A DNA stretch of 64,000 nucleotides from Squalus acanthias (Eukaryota), in contig CM059431.1 of the NCBI GenBank assembly GCA_030390025.1, forward strand, positions 145,640,001 to 145,704,000, written 5' to 3'. A program made the translations under genes and the position numbers. The notes under the pieces are model-generated. The model had not been told where the DNA came from. It ran no database searches and saw only the letters and a program-made list of their open reading frames with translations. Positions 26,310-38,092 of the stretch are shown here, piece after piece. Numbering within the stretch: the first letter of the stretch is position 1; every line of letters begins with the position of its first letter.

Positions 26310-27230
26310 CTGGGCTGATAAATGCTGCCTTGATGACAAGGGCAAGCACTCTCACCTCATCTATTGAATTCAGATCTTTTTTCATGTTTGGTCTAAGGCT
26401 GTAATGAGGTCTGGAGCCGAATGGACCTGGCGGATTCCAAACTGAGCATTGATGAGCAGGTTATTGGTGAGTAAGCACTGCTTGATCGCACTGTCGACGA
26501 CACCTTCCATCATTCTGCTGATGATTGAGAGTAGACTGAAGGGGCGGATTGGATTTGTCCTGCTTTTTGTGGACAGGGCATACCTGGACAATTTTCCACT
26601 GTGTCGAGTATATGCTGTTGTTGTAGCTGCACTGGAACAGCTTGGCTAGAGGCGTAGCTAGTTCTGGATCACAAGTCTTCAGAACTACAGCCGGGTTGTT
26701 GTCGGTGCCCATGGACTTTAATTTATCCAGTGTGCTGAGCCCTTGCTTGATATCACGAGGACTGAATCTAATTTGCTGAAAACTGACTTTGTAATGCTGA
26801 GAACCTCAGGAGGAGGCCGAGATGAATCATCCGCACGGCATTTCTGTCTGAAGATGGTTGCAAACTCTTCAGCCTTGTCTTTTGCACTCACGTGCTGGGC
26901 TCTGCCACCATTGAGAATGGGGATGTTAATGGAGCCTCCTACTCCGATTAGTTGTTTAATGGTCCACCACCATTCATGACTGGATGTGGCAGGACTGCAG
27001 AGCTTTGATCTGATCCATTGGTTGTGGGGTCGCTTAGCTCATTCTGCAGCATGTTGCACCGCTATTTAGCATGCATGTAGTCCTGTGTTTTAACTTCACC
27101 AGATTGGCATCACATTTTTAGGTACGTCTGGTGCTTTTCCTTGCCTGCTCTTCTACACACTTCATTGAACCAGGGATGTTCCCCTGGTGGCTTGATGGTA
27201 ATGGCAGAGTGATTGATATGCTGAGAAGAT
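26310..27230 (-). mobile_element. Family-B CR1-group LINE RT fragment
   Basis: GTDNNPAVVLKTCDPELATPLAKLFQ..WKIVQVCPVHKKQDKSNP; QFGIRQVHSAPDLI. Confidence 0.8.
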
Positions 27231-27541
27231 CGCAGAGCGACCCTGGTTACAAATGATTCGAGGATGAACGGTACTGTGGACAGTAATTTATCTTTATGCA
27301 GCACAAACAAGACTTTATACATTACAGTATTCGAGCAGCAGTTTACAGTGGACACTTGCGACTTATATTATCCCTTATCCTTTGGGTCGAAGCGCAACCG
27401 TGATGAAGCTGCTCCCTGTGTCTTGGGTCTCTCTTCTCTCTTTGTCTCCCAGGTTTCTCTTGGAATATTCCTGAAATCTTCTAAAATTTGTGGCTGTTAC
27501 GATCCCCTTGATATACCCTTACTCTTATTCAAAACCTTTTT

Positions 27542-27726
27542 GGCTAGATATTCGTCTCGGGCGGTGACGTAAAAAAGGCGATATCGGATCGGCCGCCCGT
27601 TATACGCAGCGCCCGATATTCAGAGCCATTGACAGCAATAGAACTGAATATCAGGCGCTGCGTATAACTGGCCACTGATCCGATCGCGCCCGTTTCTTGC
27701 CACCGTCCGAGACGAATTTCTAGGCC
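27542..27726. mobile_element. Palindromic (fold-back) MITE, ~185 bp
   Basis: GGCTAGATATTCGTCTCGGGCGGTG pairs with CACCGTCCGAGACGAATTTCTAGGCC. Inner TTATACGCAGCGCCCGATATTCAG pairs with CTGAATATCAGGCGCTGCGTATAA. The centre is CCATTGACAGCAATAG. Confidence 0.8.
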
Positions 27727-28299
27727 ATGGAGTTTTACTGAACCAATCTTTGGTTGACATCCAAACCCCCAAATCCAATCACAGAAATGCCACGTTCGCA
27801 GCAACTTGGCTTACGCAGGTTCTAATATTATGACACACATCATCTGTTTTTGACCATCAAGGCTCATATTTGGGGTAGTTATGGCAACACAACGGAACAT
27901 GTCTCCAGGGTGAAGAGATATGGCGTCCTTGCTGTTTCTGTGAAAGGCTTATGTTTTAGTTTCACCGCAGACATCATAACATTCCAAAAGAGTGGCAGCT
28001 ACACCTGACCTTGCTTCCCAGGCTAGCTGCTCTCTATGTCTCATCCTTACTGTGGCTAATATCCACCTTTCACCCACAGCCTCCCTATTCGGCTGTAGCA
28101 ATCCTCTTTCTCACCCAGCCTTTCAGGTTACAGCTAAATCACAGAGTTTTAATTATAAGCAAAAGGAGTGCATATCATATATAATTTAGGTTACCATTGC
28201 ATAAAATTGATGATAACAGCTGCCTACATTTAATTCTTACACACGGTTGTAAAATCATTACAGATGATTTGGACTGGAGGAAGTTATACACTGGTGTAT

Positions 28300-31200
28300 A
28301 ACTTATGCAGCAGCAGTGGCTGCAGTGCGAACCTGGGAGGAGTGGCGTGGCGGCAGTGGCTGTATAAAGTAAGCCCGAGCCACAGGTAGGCCCCACAGCC
28401 GCAGCAGCGGCGGCAGTGCAGACCTGGGAGGAACGGCGAGGCGGCAGCGGCCGTACCAACTCAGCACTGGCAGAATTTTCAAAGAGTGATGTCAGAATTC
28501 AAAAGTTACGCCGGCACAAAGGGTGAGAGCTGATTGGTGAGTATCTGGTAAGTATTTATACATGGCTTTCTGAAAGCTTTTAAGTTTATTCCAGCTAGGT
28601 TAGTAAATAGACTGTTAATTAGAGTTATGGCAGGGTAGCTGACACCCGTGGAATGCACATCCTGTGCCATGTGGGAAGTCCTGGACACCTCCCGTGGTCT
28701 GGACGACCACATGTGCGGGGAGTGTCGCCAGCTACAGCAGCTCGAGCTGGAGCGGCGGCTGCAGTCACTGTTGTGCATCCGCGAGTCTGAGAGCAACGTG
28801 GATAGCACGTTTCGGGACGTTGTCACCCCGCAGCTTAAGAGTGTGCAGGCAGAGAAGGAATGGTTGACTGTCAGACAGAAGAGGAGGACCAGGCAGGTAG
28901 TGCAGGAGTCCCCTGTGACCATCTTGCTCAACAAGCAGTATTCGGTGCTGGTACTGGTGAGGGTGTTTGGTTTCTCTGGGGATTGCAGCCAGAGCCAAGT
29001 CAACAGCACCAAGAAAGGCTCAGCTGCATGCGGGGGGGGGGGGGGGGGGCGGGGCGAGGAGGAGAGGGAGAGCAATAGTGATAGGGGATTCAATAGTTAG
29101 GGGAGCAGACAGGCGTTTCTGCGGCCACAGACGTGAATCCAGGATGGTATGTTGCCTCTCTGGTTCCAGGGTCAAGGATGTCACTGAATGTCTGCAAGGC
29201 ATTCTGAGGGGGGAAGGTGAACAGCCAGAGGTCGTGGTCCATATCGGTACCAACGCCATAGGTAGGAAGAGGGATGAGGTCCTGCAGGCAAAGTTTAGGC
29301 AGTTGGAAAGTGGTTATAAAGCAGGACCTCGAAGGTATTAATCTCTGGATTATTACCAGTGCCACGGGCTAGTAATACAGAAATCGGAATATAGAGCAGA
29401 TGAATGTGTGGCTGGAGAGATGGTGTAGGAGGGAGGGATTCAGATTCCTGAGGAATTGGAACCGTTTCTAGGGGAGTTGGGACCTCTACAAGTCAGACGG
29501 GATGCACCTCAACGGGTACGGAACCAATATCCGCGTGGAAGGGTTTGCTAGTGCTGTTGGGGAGGAGTTAATAGAGTCAGGAGGGAGGGAAGAAAAACTG
29601 GAATATGAAAACATAAACGTAGAAAGTAAATTGGTAGGACAGAGGAATCAAGGGCTAGATAGTAGTCAACAAGGAGGTTTGCCTGTACTAAATTGTTTAT
29701 ACTTCAATGCAAGGAGTATAGTGAACAAGGCAGATGAGCTGTGGGCACAGGTAGATACTTAGGACTATGATATTATAGCTATTACAGAGACGTGGCTGAA
29801 AGAGGGACAGGTATGGCAGCTCAACATTCCTGGTTACAGGATTTTCAGACGGGATAGAGAGGGAGGAAAATAGGGAGGGACGGACGTGTTATTGATTGAA
29901 GAAACTACTACAGCTGTGAGGAGGGATGATATGTTGGCGGGATCATCAAACGAGGCCATAATTGAATTGAAAAACAGAAAATGGGCGATCACACAGCTGG
30001 GAGTGTACTAAAGACCCCCAAACAGTGAGAGGGAGATAGAAGAACAAATCTGTAGACGCATTTCTGAGAAATGCAAAAACTATAGGGCTGTAATAGTGGG
30101 GGATTTATACTAACCCAGTATTAATTGGGATAACATTAGTGTGAAGGGTATAGAGGTTGCGGAATTCCTAAAATGCATCCAGGATAACTTTTTTTAGCCA
30201 GGAGAAGGCGGTTCTGGACTTACTTTTAGGGAATGAAGCAGGACAGTTAGAAGGCGTATCAATGGGGGAGCATTTTGGTGCTAGTGACCATAGTTCTGTT
30301 AGATTTAAGGTAGTTATGGAAAAGGACATATATAGATCAGGAATAAAAATTCCCAATTGGGAAACAGCTGATTTTGCTACGCTCAGAGGGGATTTAGCCA
30401 TAGTTGAATGGAAAGAGCTACGTGAAGGTAAATCAGTGTCAGAGCAGTGGGAGGCGTTCAAGGATGAGATCCGGAGGGTTCAGACCAAATCTGTGGCCTT
30501 AAAGGAAAAAGGTGTGGCTAACAAATCTAGAGCCTCCTGGATGTCTAGGGACATACAGGGTAGGATAAAGAAAATAAGGGAGGCTATGACAGATAACGAG
30601 TGCTAAATACTCCAGAATCTTTAGAGGAGAACAGAAAGTGCAGGTTGCAATTACAAACGACATTAGGAAAGCAAAGAGACAGCATGAAAAATTCTTGGCC
30701 ATTAAAATCAAGGAAAACGAAAAGATGTTTTATAAATATACTAAGAGTGAGAGCATGACTAAATAAAGGGTAGGGACTATTAGAGATAATGAGGGTAATC
30801 TGTGCGTAGAGGCGGGGGACGTCAGTGGCGTTCTGAATGAATAATTTGCGCCTGTTTTCACAAAGGAGAGGGGCAAAGCAGACATTGCTATCAGGGGGGA
30901 GGAGTGCAGAATAATAGATGAAATATACATTGTGAGAGAGGAAGTATTAAGGGGTTTAGCAGGTTTTAAAATGGATAAATCCCCAGTCCCGCATGAAATG
31001 TATCCCAGGCTGTTAAGCGAAGCAAAAGAGGAAGTAGCAGAGGCCCTGACCATCATTTTCCAACCCTCTCTGGCTTCAGGTGTGATGCCGGAGGACTGCT
31101 AATGTGGTACCTTTGCTTAAAAAGGGAGAAAAGGATATACCGAGTAATTACAGGCCAGTCAGCCTAACCTCGGTGGTGGGAAAATTATTGGAAGGAATTC

Positions 31201-32487
31201 TGAAGGGCAGGATAAATCTTCGTTTAGAAAGACACGGATTAATCAAGGATAGTCAGCACGGATTTGCTAAGGGAAGGTCGTGTCTGACAAACTTGATTGC
31301 ATTTTTTGAGGAAGTAACAAGGTGGGAAGATGCGAGTAGTGCGTTGGATGTATTGTATATGGATTTTAGCAATGCTTTTGATAAGGTTCCACATGGCAGA
31401 CTGGTCACAACGTTAAAAGCCTATGGGATCCAGGGCGAAATATCAAATTGGATTCAAAACTGGCACGAAGTTAGGAAGCAGAGGGTAACGGTTGATGGAA
31501 GTTTTTGTGACTAGAAGGCAGTTTCCAGTGGGGTTCCACAGGGCTCAGTCCGAGGTCCCTTTGCTTTTTGTGGTAAATGTCAATGTTCTAGACTATCGGG
31601 GGTATGATTAAGAAGTTTGCAGAAGGAACTAAAATCGGCTGTGTGGTTGATACTGAAGAAGGAAGCTGTAGACTGCAGGAAGATACAAATCAATTGGTCA
31701 GGTGGGCAGAACAGTGGCAAATGGAATTCAATCCGGAGAAATGTGAGGTTATGCATTTGGGGAGGGCGAACAAGGAAAGGGAATGCACATTAAATGGAAG
31801 GACACTAAGTCGTGTAGTGGAACAAAGGGACCTTGGAGTGCATGTCCACAGATCCCTGAAGGTAGCAGGCCAGGTAGAAAAGGTGGTTAAGAATGCATAC
31901 GGTATGATTGCCTTTATTCGCCGTGGCATAGAATACAAGAGCAGGGGGGTTATGCTTCATCTGTATAAAACACTAGTTAGGCCTCAGCTAGAGTTATGCG
32001 TGTAGTTCTGGTCACCACATTACAGGAAAGATGTGATTGCACTGGAGAGGGTACAGAGGAGATTTACAAGGTTGTTGCCGAGAGTAGAGAATCTTAGCTA
32101 TGAGAAAAGATTGGATAGGCTGGGTTTGTTTTCCTTGGAACAGAGGGGGCTGAGGGGAGACCTTATTAAAATGTATAAAATTAAGAGCGGCTTTGATAAA
32201 GTGGATAGAAAGGTAATTGGTGGAAGGTTTACAGAGGATTTGAGGGGGAATTTCTTCACACAGTGGTTTATGGGGGGCTGGAACTCACTGCCTGAAAAGG
32301 TGGTAGAGGCAAAAACCATAACCACATTTAAAAAGTACTTGAATGTGCACTTGGGATGCTATAAACTGCAGGACTACGGACCAAGAGCTAGGAAGTGGGA
32401 TTAATCTGGTGAGCTCTTTGTTGGCCGGCGTCGACACGATGGGCAGAAATGTCCTCCTTCCATGCTGTAACTTTCTATTATTCTATG
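28300..32487 (+). mobile_element. Near full-length CR1 LINE (5' UTR, ORF1 zinc finger + SGNH esterase, ORF2 APE-RT), disabled
   Basis: ORF1 from ATG 28627: VECTSCAMWE..HMCGECRQLQQLE, VIGDSIVRG, VVHIGTNAIG, DGMHLN. ORF2 from ~29688: CLYFNARSIVNKADEL, ASDHSSV, YRPVSLTSVVGKLLE, MDFSNAFD. Tail TTCTATTATTCTATG. Many stops and frameshifts. Confidence 0.92.
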
Positions 32488-33500
32488 TATTCCCCAGAGG
32501 TCGTTACTAGGACCACAGCTTTTCTTGATATATATTAATGACTTGGACTTGGCTATACAGGGAACAATTTCAAAATTTGCAGATGACACAAAACCTGCAA
32601 GTTTAGTGAACAGTGAGGAGGATAGTGTTGGACTTCAAACAGACATAGACAGGCTGGTGAAATGGGCGGACACGTGGCAGATGAAATTTAACGCAGAAAA
32701 GTGCGAAGTGATACATTTTGGTAAGAAGAACGAGCAGATGCAATATAAACTAAAGCGTACAATTCGAAAGTGAGTGCATGAATAGAGAGACTTGAGGGTA
32801 TATGTGCACAAATCGTTGAAGGTGGCAGGGCAGGTTGAGAAAGCGGTTAAAATAACATACGGGATACTGGGCTTCGTAAATAGAGGCATAGAGTACAAAA
32901 GCAAGGAAGTTATAATGAACCTTTAACAAACACTGGTTCGGCATGAACTGGAGTATTGTGTCCAATTCTGGGCGCCGCACTTTAGCAAGGATGTGAAGGC
33001 CTTAGAGATGATGCAGAACAGATTTCCAAGCATGATTCCAGTGACGAGGAACTTCATTTACGTGGATAGACTAGAAAAGCTGAGGTTGTTCTCCTTAGAG
33101 CAGAGAAGGTTGCAAGGAGATTTGATAGATATATTCAAAATCATGAGGGGTCTAGACAGAGTAGATAGAGAGAAACTGTTCCCATTGGCGGAAGAGTCGA
33201 GAACCAGAAGACACGGATTTAAGGTGATTGGCAAAACAACGAAAAGCGATATGAGAAATATCTTTTTTATGCCGCGAGTGGTTAGGATATGGAATGCACT
33301 ACCTGAAAGGCTGGTGGAGGCAGATTCAATCGGGGCTTTCAAAATGGAATTGGAAAAGTACCTGAAGGAAAAAATTGCTGGGCTACGGGGAAAGGGCGGG
33401 CGAGTGGAAGTTAGCTGAAGTGCGATTGCGGAGAGCCAGCACAGGCTCGGCGGGCCGAATGGCCTCCTTCTGTTCTGTAACCTAACTATGATTATAAGAT
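32488..33500 (+). mobile_element. CR1 LINE 3' fragment
   Basis: YINDL..ISKFADDTK, LEQRRLQGDLI, RVVRIWNALP; CR1 3' UTR. Confidence 0.9.
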
Positions 33501-33599
33501 ATTTATTATTATAAGATACTAAATCAATATTCTAAAATGCAATTAATGCATGATAATCTTGCACCACGACTTTACAGAATGTGATGGTATACAATTTTG

Positions 33600-34247
33600 T
33601 TGCTGCTGATAGCCCAGAGCGACTCGTAGAAGCTAAGTTTTGAGCTGCTAAATCTGTTCTGAATCATTTAGCAAGGGGATAGTGCCACACAACACGTTGG
33701 AGGTTCTCCGCAGTGTATAGACGTCACTTCGTCTCAACAAGAACTGTGCGGTGGTCACTCCTAAATATACTGCCATGGACAGATGCCTGTGCGACAGGTA
33801 GATTGTTGAGGACGCGGTCAAGTAGGTTTTCCCCCGTTGTTGCTTCTCTCACCTCCTGCCCCAAGCCCAGTCTGGCAGCTATGTCCTTCTGGAGTCGGCC
33901 AACTCGGTCAGTAGTGGGGCTATTGAGACAGTTTTGGGCATTTGAGTCCGCCTCCCAGAGAACATTCTGTGTCATTGCTAACATCAGTGCTTCTTCCAAG
34001 TGGTGTTCAACATAAAAGAGTACTTCTTCCTCACTGACGGATGTCGGTAGGTGATAATCAGCATGAGGTTCCCTTGCCCATGCATGACCTGATGGCATGA
34101 GACTTCATGAGGTCCGAAGTAAATGTAGAATACTCCCAGTACCACACCTTCACGACTGTATACCACTGTGTTGGCACCTCTTGGAGGTCTGTCCTGGTGG
34201 TGGGACAGCACATACCCAGAGATAGTGATGGAGGAACCTTGGACGTT
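33600..34247 (-). mobile_element. Family-B LINE endonuclease fragment
   Basis: GQGNLMLIITYRHPS, NVLWEADSNA and ENLLDRVLNNLP..SDHRTVLVETK. Confidence 0.75.
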
Positions 34248-36548
34248 GGCTGCCGGACTGGGCTTTTGACAGGTGGTGAGAGAACAATCACGAGGGTAAA
34301 AACTACTTGACCTCGTCCTCACCATTTACCTGTTGCAGATGCATCTGACCATGACTGCATTGCTAGCAGTGAAAGGGCACAGTCCTTGTGGAAATGGAAT
34401 CCCCTGCTAAATGGGATAGATTCAGAAAAGATCTAGCAGCTCAAAGCCGGGCTCCGTGAGGCACGTGGGCCATCAGCAGCAGCAGCATTGTATTCCACCT
34501 GAATCTGTAAACTCATGGTGCGGCATATCCCTCACTCTACTGTTACCATCAAGCCAGGGGACTAACCCTGGTTCAATGAAGAGTGTAGAAGAGCATGCCA
34601 GGAGCAGCACCAGGCGTATCTTAAAAATAAGCTTCCAACCTGGGGAAGCTGAAACACAGGACAACATGCATGCTAAACAACGGAGGCACATTGCTATAGA
34701 AAGAGCTCCGCGATCCCACACCTAACGCATCAGATAAAGTTCTGCAGTCCTGCCACATCCAGTCATTAATGGTGGTGAATAATTAAACAAATAATAGGAG
34801 GAGGAAGGTCAATTAATTTCCCCATTCTTAATGATGACGACGGAGCCAAGCATGGGAGTGCAAAAGACAATGCAGAAGCGTTCGCAACCATCTTCAGCCG
34901 GTATTGCCGAGTTGATGATCCATCTCGGCCTGCTCCTGAGGTCGCCACCATCATAATGTCATTTTCAGTTTATTCGATTCACACTCACGTAACATCAAAA
35001 AACGACTGAGCGCGCTGGATACGGCAAAGGCTGTGGCCCGACACCACCACGGCTGTGGTACTGCAGATTTGTGCTCCAGATCCAGCTGCACTTCAAGCCA
35101 AACTGTTTCAGTGCAACTACAACACTGGCATGTACCGACATAGTGAACAATTACCCCGGAATGTCCTGTCCACAAAAAGCAGGACAAATCAAATTCGCCC
35201 AATTACCTTCTCATCACCTTACTCTCAATTATCAACAAAGTGATGGAAGGTGTCGTCGTCATTTCTATCAAGCATCCCTTGCTGATCAATAACCTGCTAA
35301 CCGATGTTCAGTTTTGTTCAGCCAGGATCACATGGCTCCAGATCTCATTACAGCTTTGTCCAAAAATGGAGAAAGGATCAGAATTCCAGAGGTGAGGGAA
35401 CAGTGATTGCCCCGGACATCAAAATGTATTTGACCGAGTGTGACATCCATCAGCCCTGGTAAAATTGATGTAAATGGGGTTCAGGTGGAAAGGACTTCAC
35501 TGGCTGGAGTCATACCGAGCATAAAGGAAGATTGTTGCAGGTCAGTCATATCAGCGCCAGAACATCGGTGAAGGATTTCCTCAGGGCAGTGTCCGAGACC
35601 CAACCATCTTCAGCAGCTTCATCATTGAAGTACCGGCCATCATAAGAACAGAAGAGTCAGGAAGTTCGCGGCTGTTTGCAGAGTGTTCCGTTCTATTCGC
35701 AGTTCCTGGGACAATGAAGCCCACATGCAGCAAAACAAGGACAACTTGCAGGCTTGGGCTGAAACCATTGCTGACAGACATGTGCCGGGACATGACAAAC
35801 TCCATAATGAGAGAGTGCAAACACCTTCTATTGACATTCAACGACATTACCATCATCGAAACTCCCACCACAAACATCGTAGGGGACACCAATGACCAGA
35901 ATCCTAATAGTATGAGCCAGATAAATAATGTGGCTGCAAGACCAGATCAGAGATCGGGTATTCTGCGGCGAGTATCCCAAAAGCTGACTCCCCAGATCCT
36001 TTCTCCCATTCACAAGGCACAATTCAGGAGTGTGATGGAATACACGCTATTTGCCTGGATGAGTGCAGCTCCAACAACACATAAGAAGCTAAACACCATC
36101 CAGGACAAAGCAGCCCCCTTGATTGGCACCGATCCACCACTTTAACCATCCACTCCGTCCACCACCGGTGCATTGTGACTGCAGTATGTACCATCTACAA
36201 AATGTAATGCAGCAACTCGCCAAGTTTCTTCGAAAGCACCTTCCAAACATGCAACCTCTGACGCCTGGAAGAACAAGAGCAGCAGGCTTATTGGGAACAC
36301 CACCACCTGCAAGTTCCCCTCCAAGTTACACACCATCCAGACTTCGAAATATATCACCGTTCCTTCGTCGTCGTTCAGACAAAATCCTGGAAATCCCTCC
36401 CCAACAGTACTGTGGGAGGAACTTCAACAAATGGACTGCAGTGGTTTAAGAAGGCGGCTCACCACCAAATTCTCAAGGGCAAAAAGGGATGGGCAATAAA
36501 TGCTGGCCTTGACAGCGACAACAACATGCCATGAACAAATAAAAAAAC
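34248..36548 (+). mobile_element. Family-B CR1-group LINE, 5'-truncated, disabled
   Basis: Decayed RT (PQGSV..PTIFSSFI, RSVMEY..FAWMSAAPT); 3' end GGGCAATAAATGCTGGCCTTG...AAATAAAAAAA. Confidence 0.8.
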
Positions 36549-36554
36549 ATGTCA

Positions 36555-37660
36555 ACAGCAGTAATGTTGGAGAGGAGTTACCACCCATTAACTTAGAGTA
36601 TTACCAGCAGTAACTTTTGGGAACAGTCACTACCAGCAATATTAGAGACGGATCACCACGAATAATGTTAGATTAGGGTCACCTACAGTAATATTAGAGC
36701 TATGTGAGCACCAGTAATATGGTCGTAGAGCCACCAGAAGTAATGTAACAGTAGGACCAAAGCCATTAATGTTAGAGTAGGGTCACCCCCAGTCATGTAA
36801 AAGTAGGGTCACCACCAGTAATGTTTGAGTAGTGTCACCCCCAGTCATGTTAGTGTCCAGGCAAGAGCAGTAATGTTAGAGCAGGGTCATCACCAGTTTG
36901 TTAGAATAGGTGCAACACCAGTAATGTTAGAGCAGGTTCACCACCAGTAATGTAAGAGTAGAGTGAACACCAATAAGGTTAGAGTAGAATCACCACCAGT
37001 AAAGCTAGCGTGGAGCCACCACCAGTAATGTTAGAGTAGAGTTACAACCAGTAATGTTAGAGTAGGGTCACCACCAGTAATGTTAGAATAGGGTCACCAC
37101 CAGTAACGCTAGAGTAGGGTCACCACCAGTTATGTTAGAGTAGGGTCACCACCAATAATGTTAGATTAGGGTTACCACCAGTAAGGTTAGAGTAGTGTCA
37201 CCATCAGTGTTGTCAGAGTAGAGTAACCACCAGTAATGTTAGAGTAGAGTCACCACCAGTAATGGTAGAGTAGAATCACCACCAGTAATGTTAGTGTAGG
37301 GTCACCATCAATAATGTTAGAGTAGGGTTACCACCAGTAATGTTAGAGTCGGGTCAGCACCAGTGTAGTTAGAGTAGAGTCACCACCAGTAATGTTAGTG
37401 TAGGGTCACCACCAATAATATTAGAATAGGATCAGCACCAGTAATGTTAGAGCAGAATCACCAGCAGTATAGTTGGAGTAGCGTCACCACCAGTAATGTT
37501 TGAGTAGAGTCACCACCAGTGATGTTAGAGTAGGGTCACCGCCAGTAATGTTAGAGTAGGGTCACCACCAGTAATGGTAGAGTAGGGTCACCACCAGTAA
37601 TGTTAGAGTAGCGTCACCACCAGTAATGTTAGAGTAGGGTCACCACCAGTAATGTTAGAG
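36555..37660. repeat. 26-bp minisatellite (AGTAGGGTCACCACCAGTAATGTTAG)n, roughly 40 units
   Basis: Period 26 (e.g. 37581 and 37607). Degenerate at the left end, nearly homogeneous at the right end. Confidence 0.95.
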
Positions 37661-38007
37661 CCGATTCAAATTATTCATCATCACAGTACAAAACAAATTT
37701 TAATTATGCAATGGATGAGTAACGATTTCACCAAATTAAGATGAGGCTCACAGAAATCAACGCAGTGTCCGGAGGGACGTTTGCTTTATCCTTCAAGGTT
37801 TACTGGACACGCGCAGTGTCCATTTCCTCTGCGATTACTTTCCGTTCATTGAATGTAAAGGACGATGTTTCATGGACTAAGCTGTTCAATTTCCCCATTG
37901 GCGACCCAGGCGCACTGAAGTTGACATTCGACCCTTGTTTGTTAACTAACTGTAACTAACGCCAATTATTGTGCAACCTGATTATCTCACCGGGCCACCG
38001 ATTGTTC

Positions 38008-38014
38008 TATAAAG
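38008..38014 (+). promoter_or_regulatory. Candidate TATA box of GPCR copy 2
   Basis: TATAAAG 85 bp upstream of the exon 1 ATG (38093). Copy 1 has GATAAATATA at a similar distance (15751-15760). Confidence 0.4.
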
Positions 38015-38092
38015 GGGGCGCATTTACGGATCTCAGAAACACTCTACTCGGAATCGTAAAGCAGCGCAGAATTCACACAAATCTTCAAAACA

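Noticed and set aside
29032..29055. Poly-G run as a programmed frameshift or G-quadruplex element
   Set aside because: It is a homopolymer expansion in a dead CR1 ORF1, and its length is unreliable in assemblies.
36555..37660. CRISPR-like array
   Set aside because: Units are contiguous with no unique spacers, there are no cas genes and the context is eukaryotic. It is a minisatellite.
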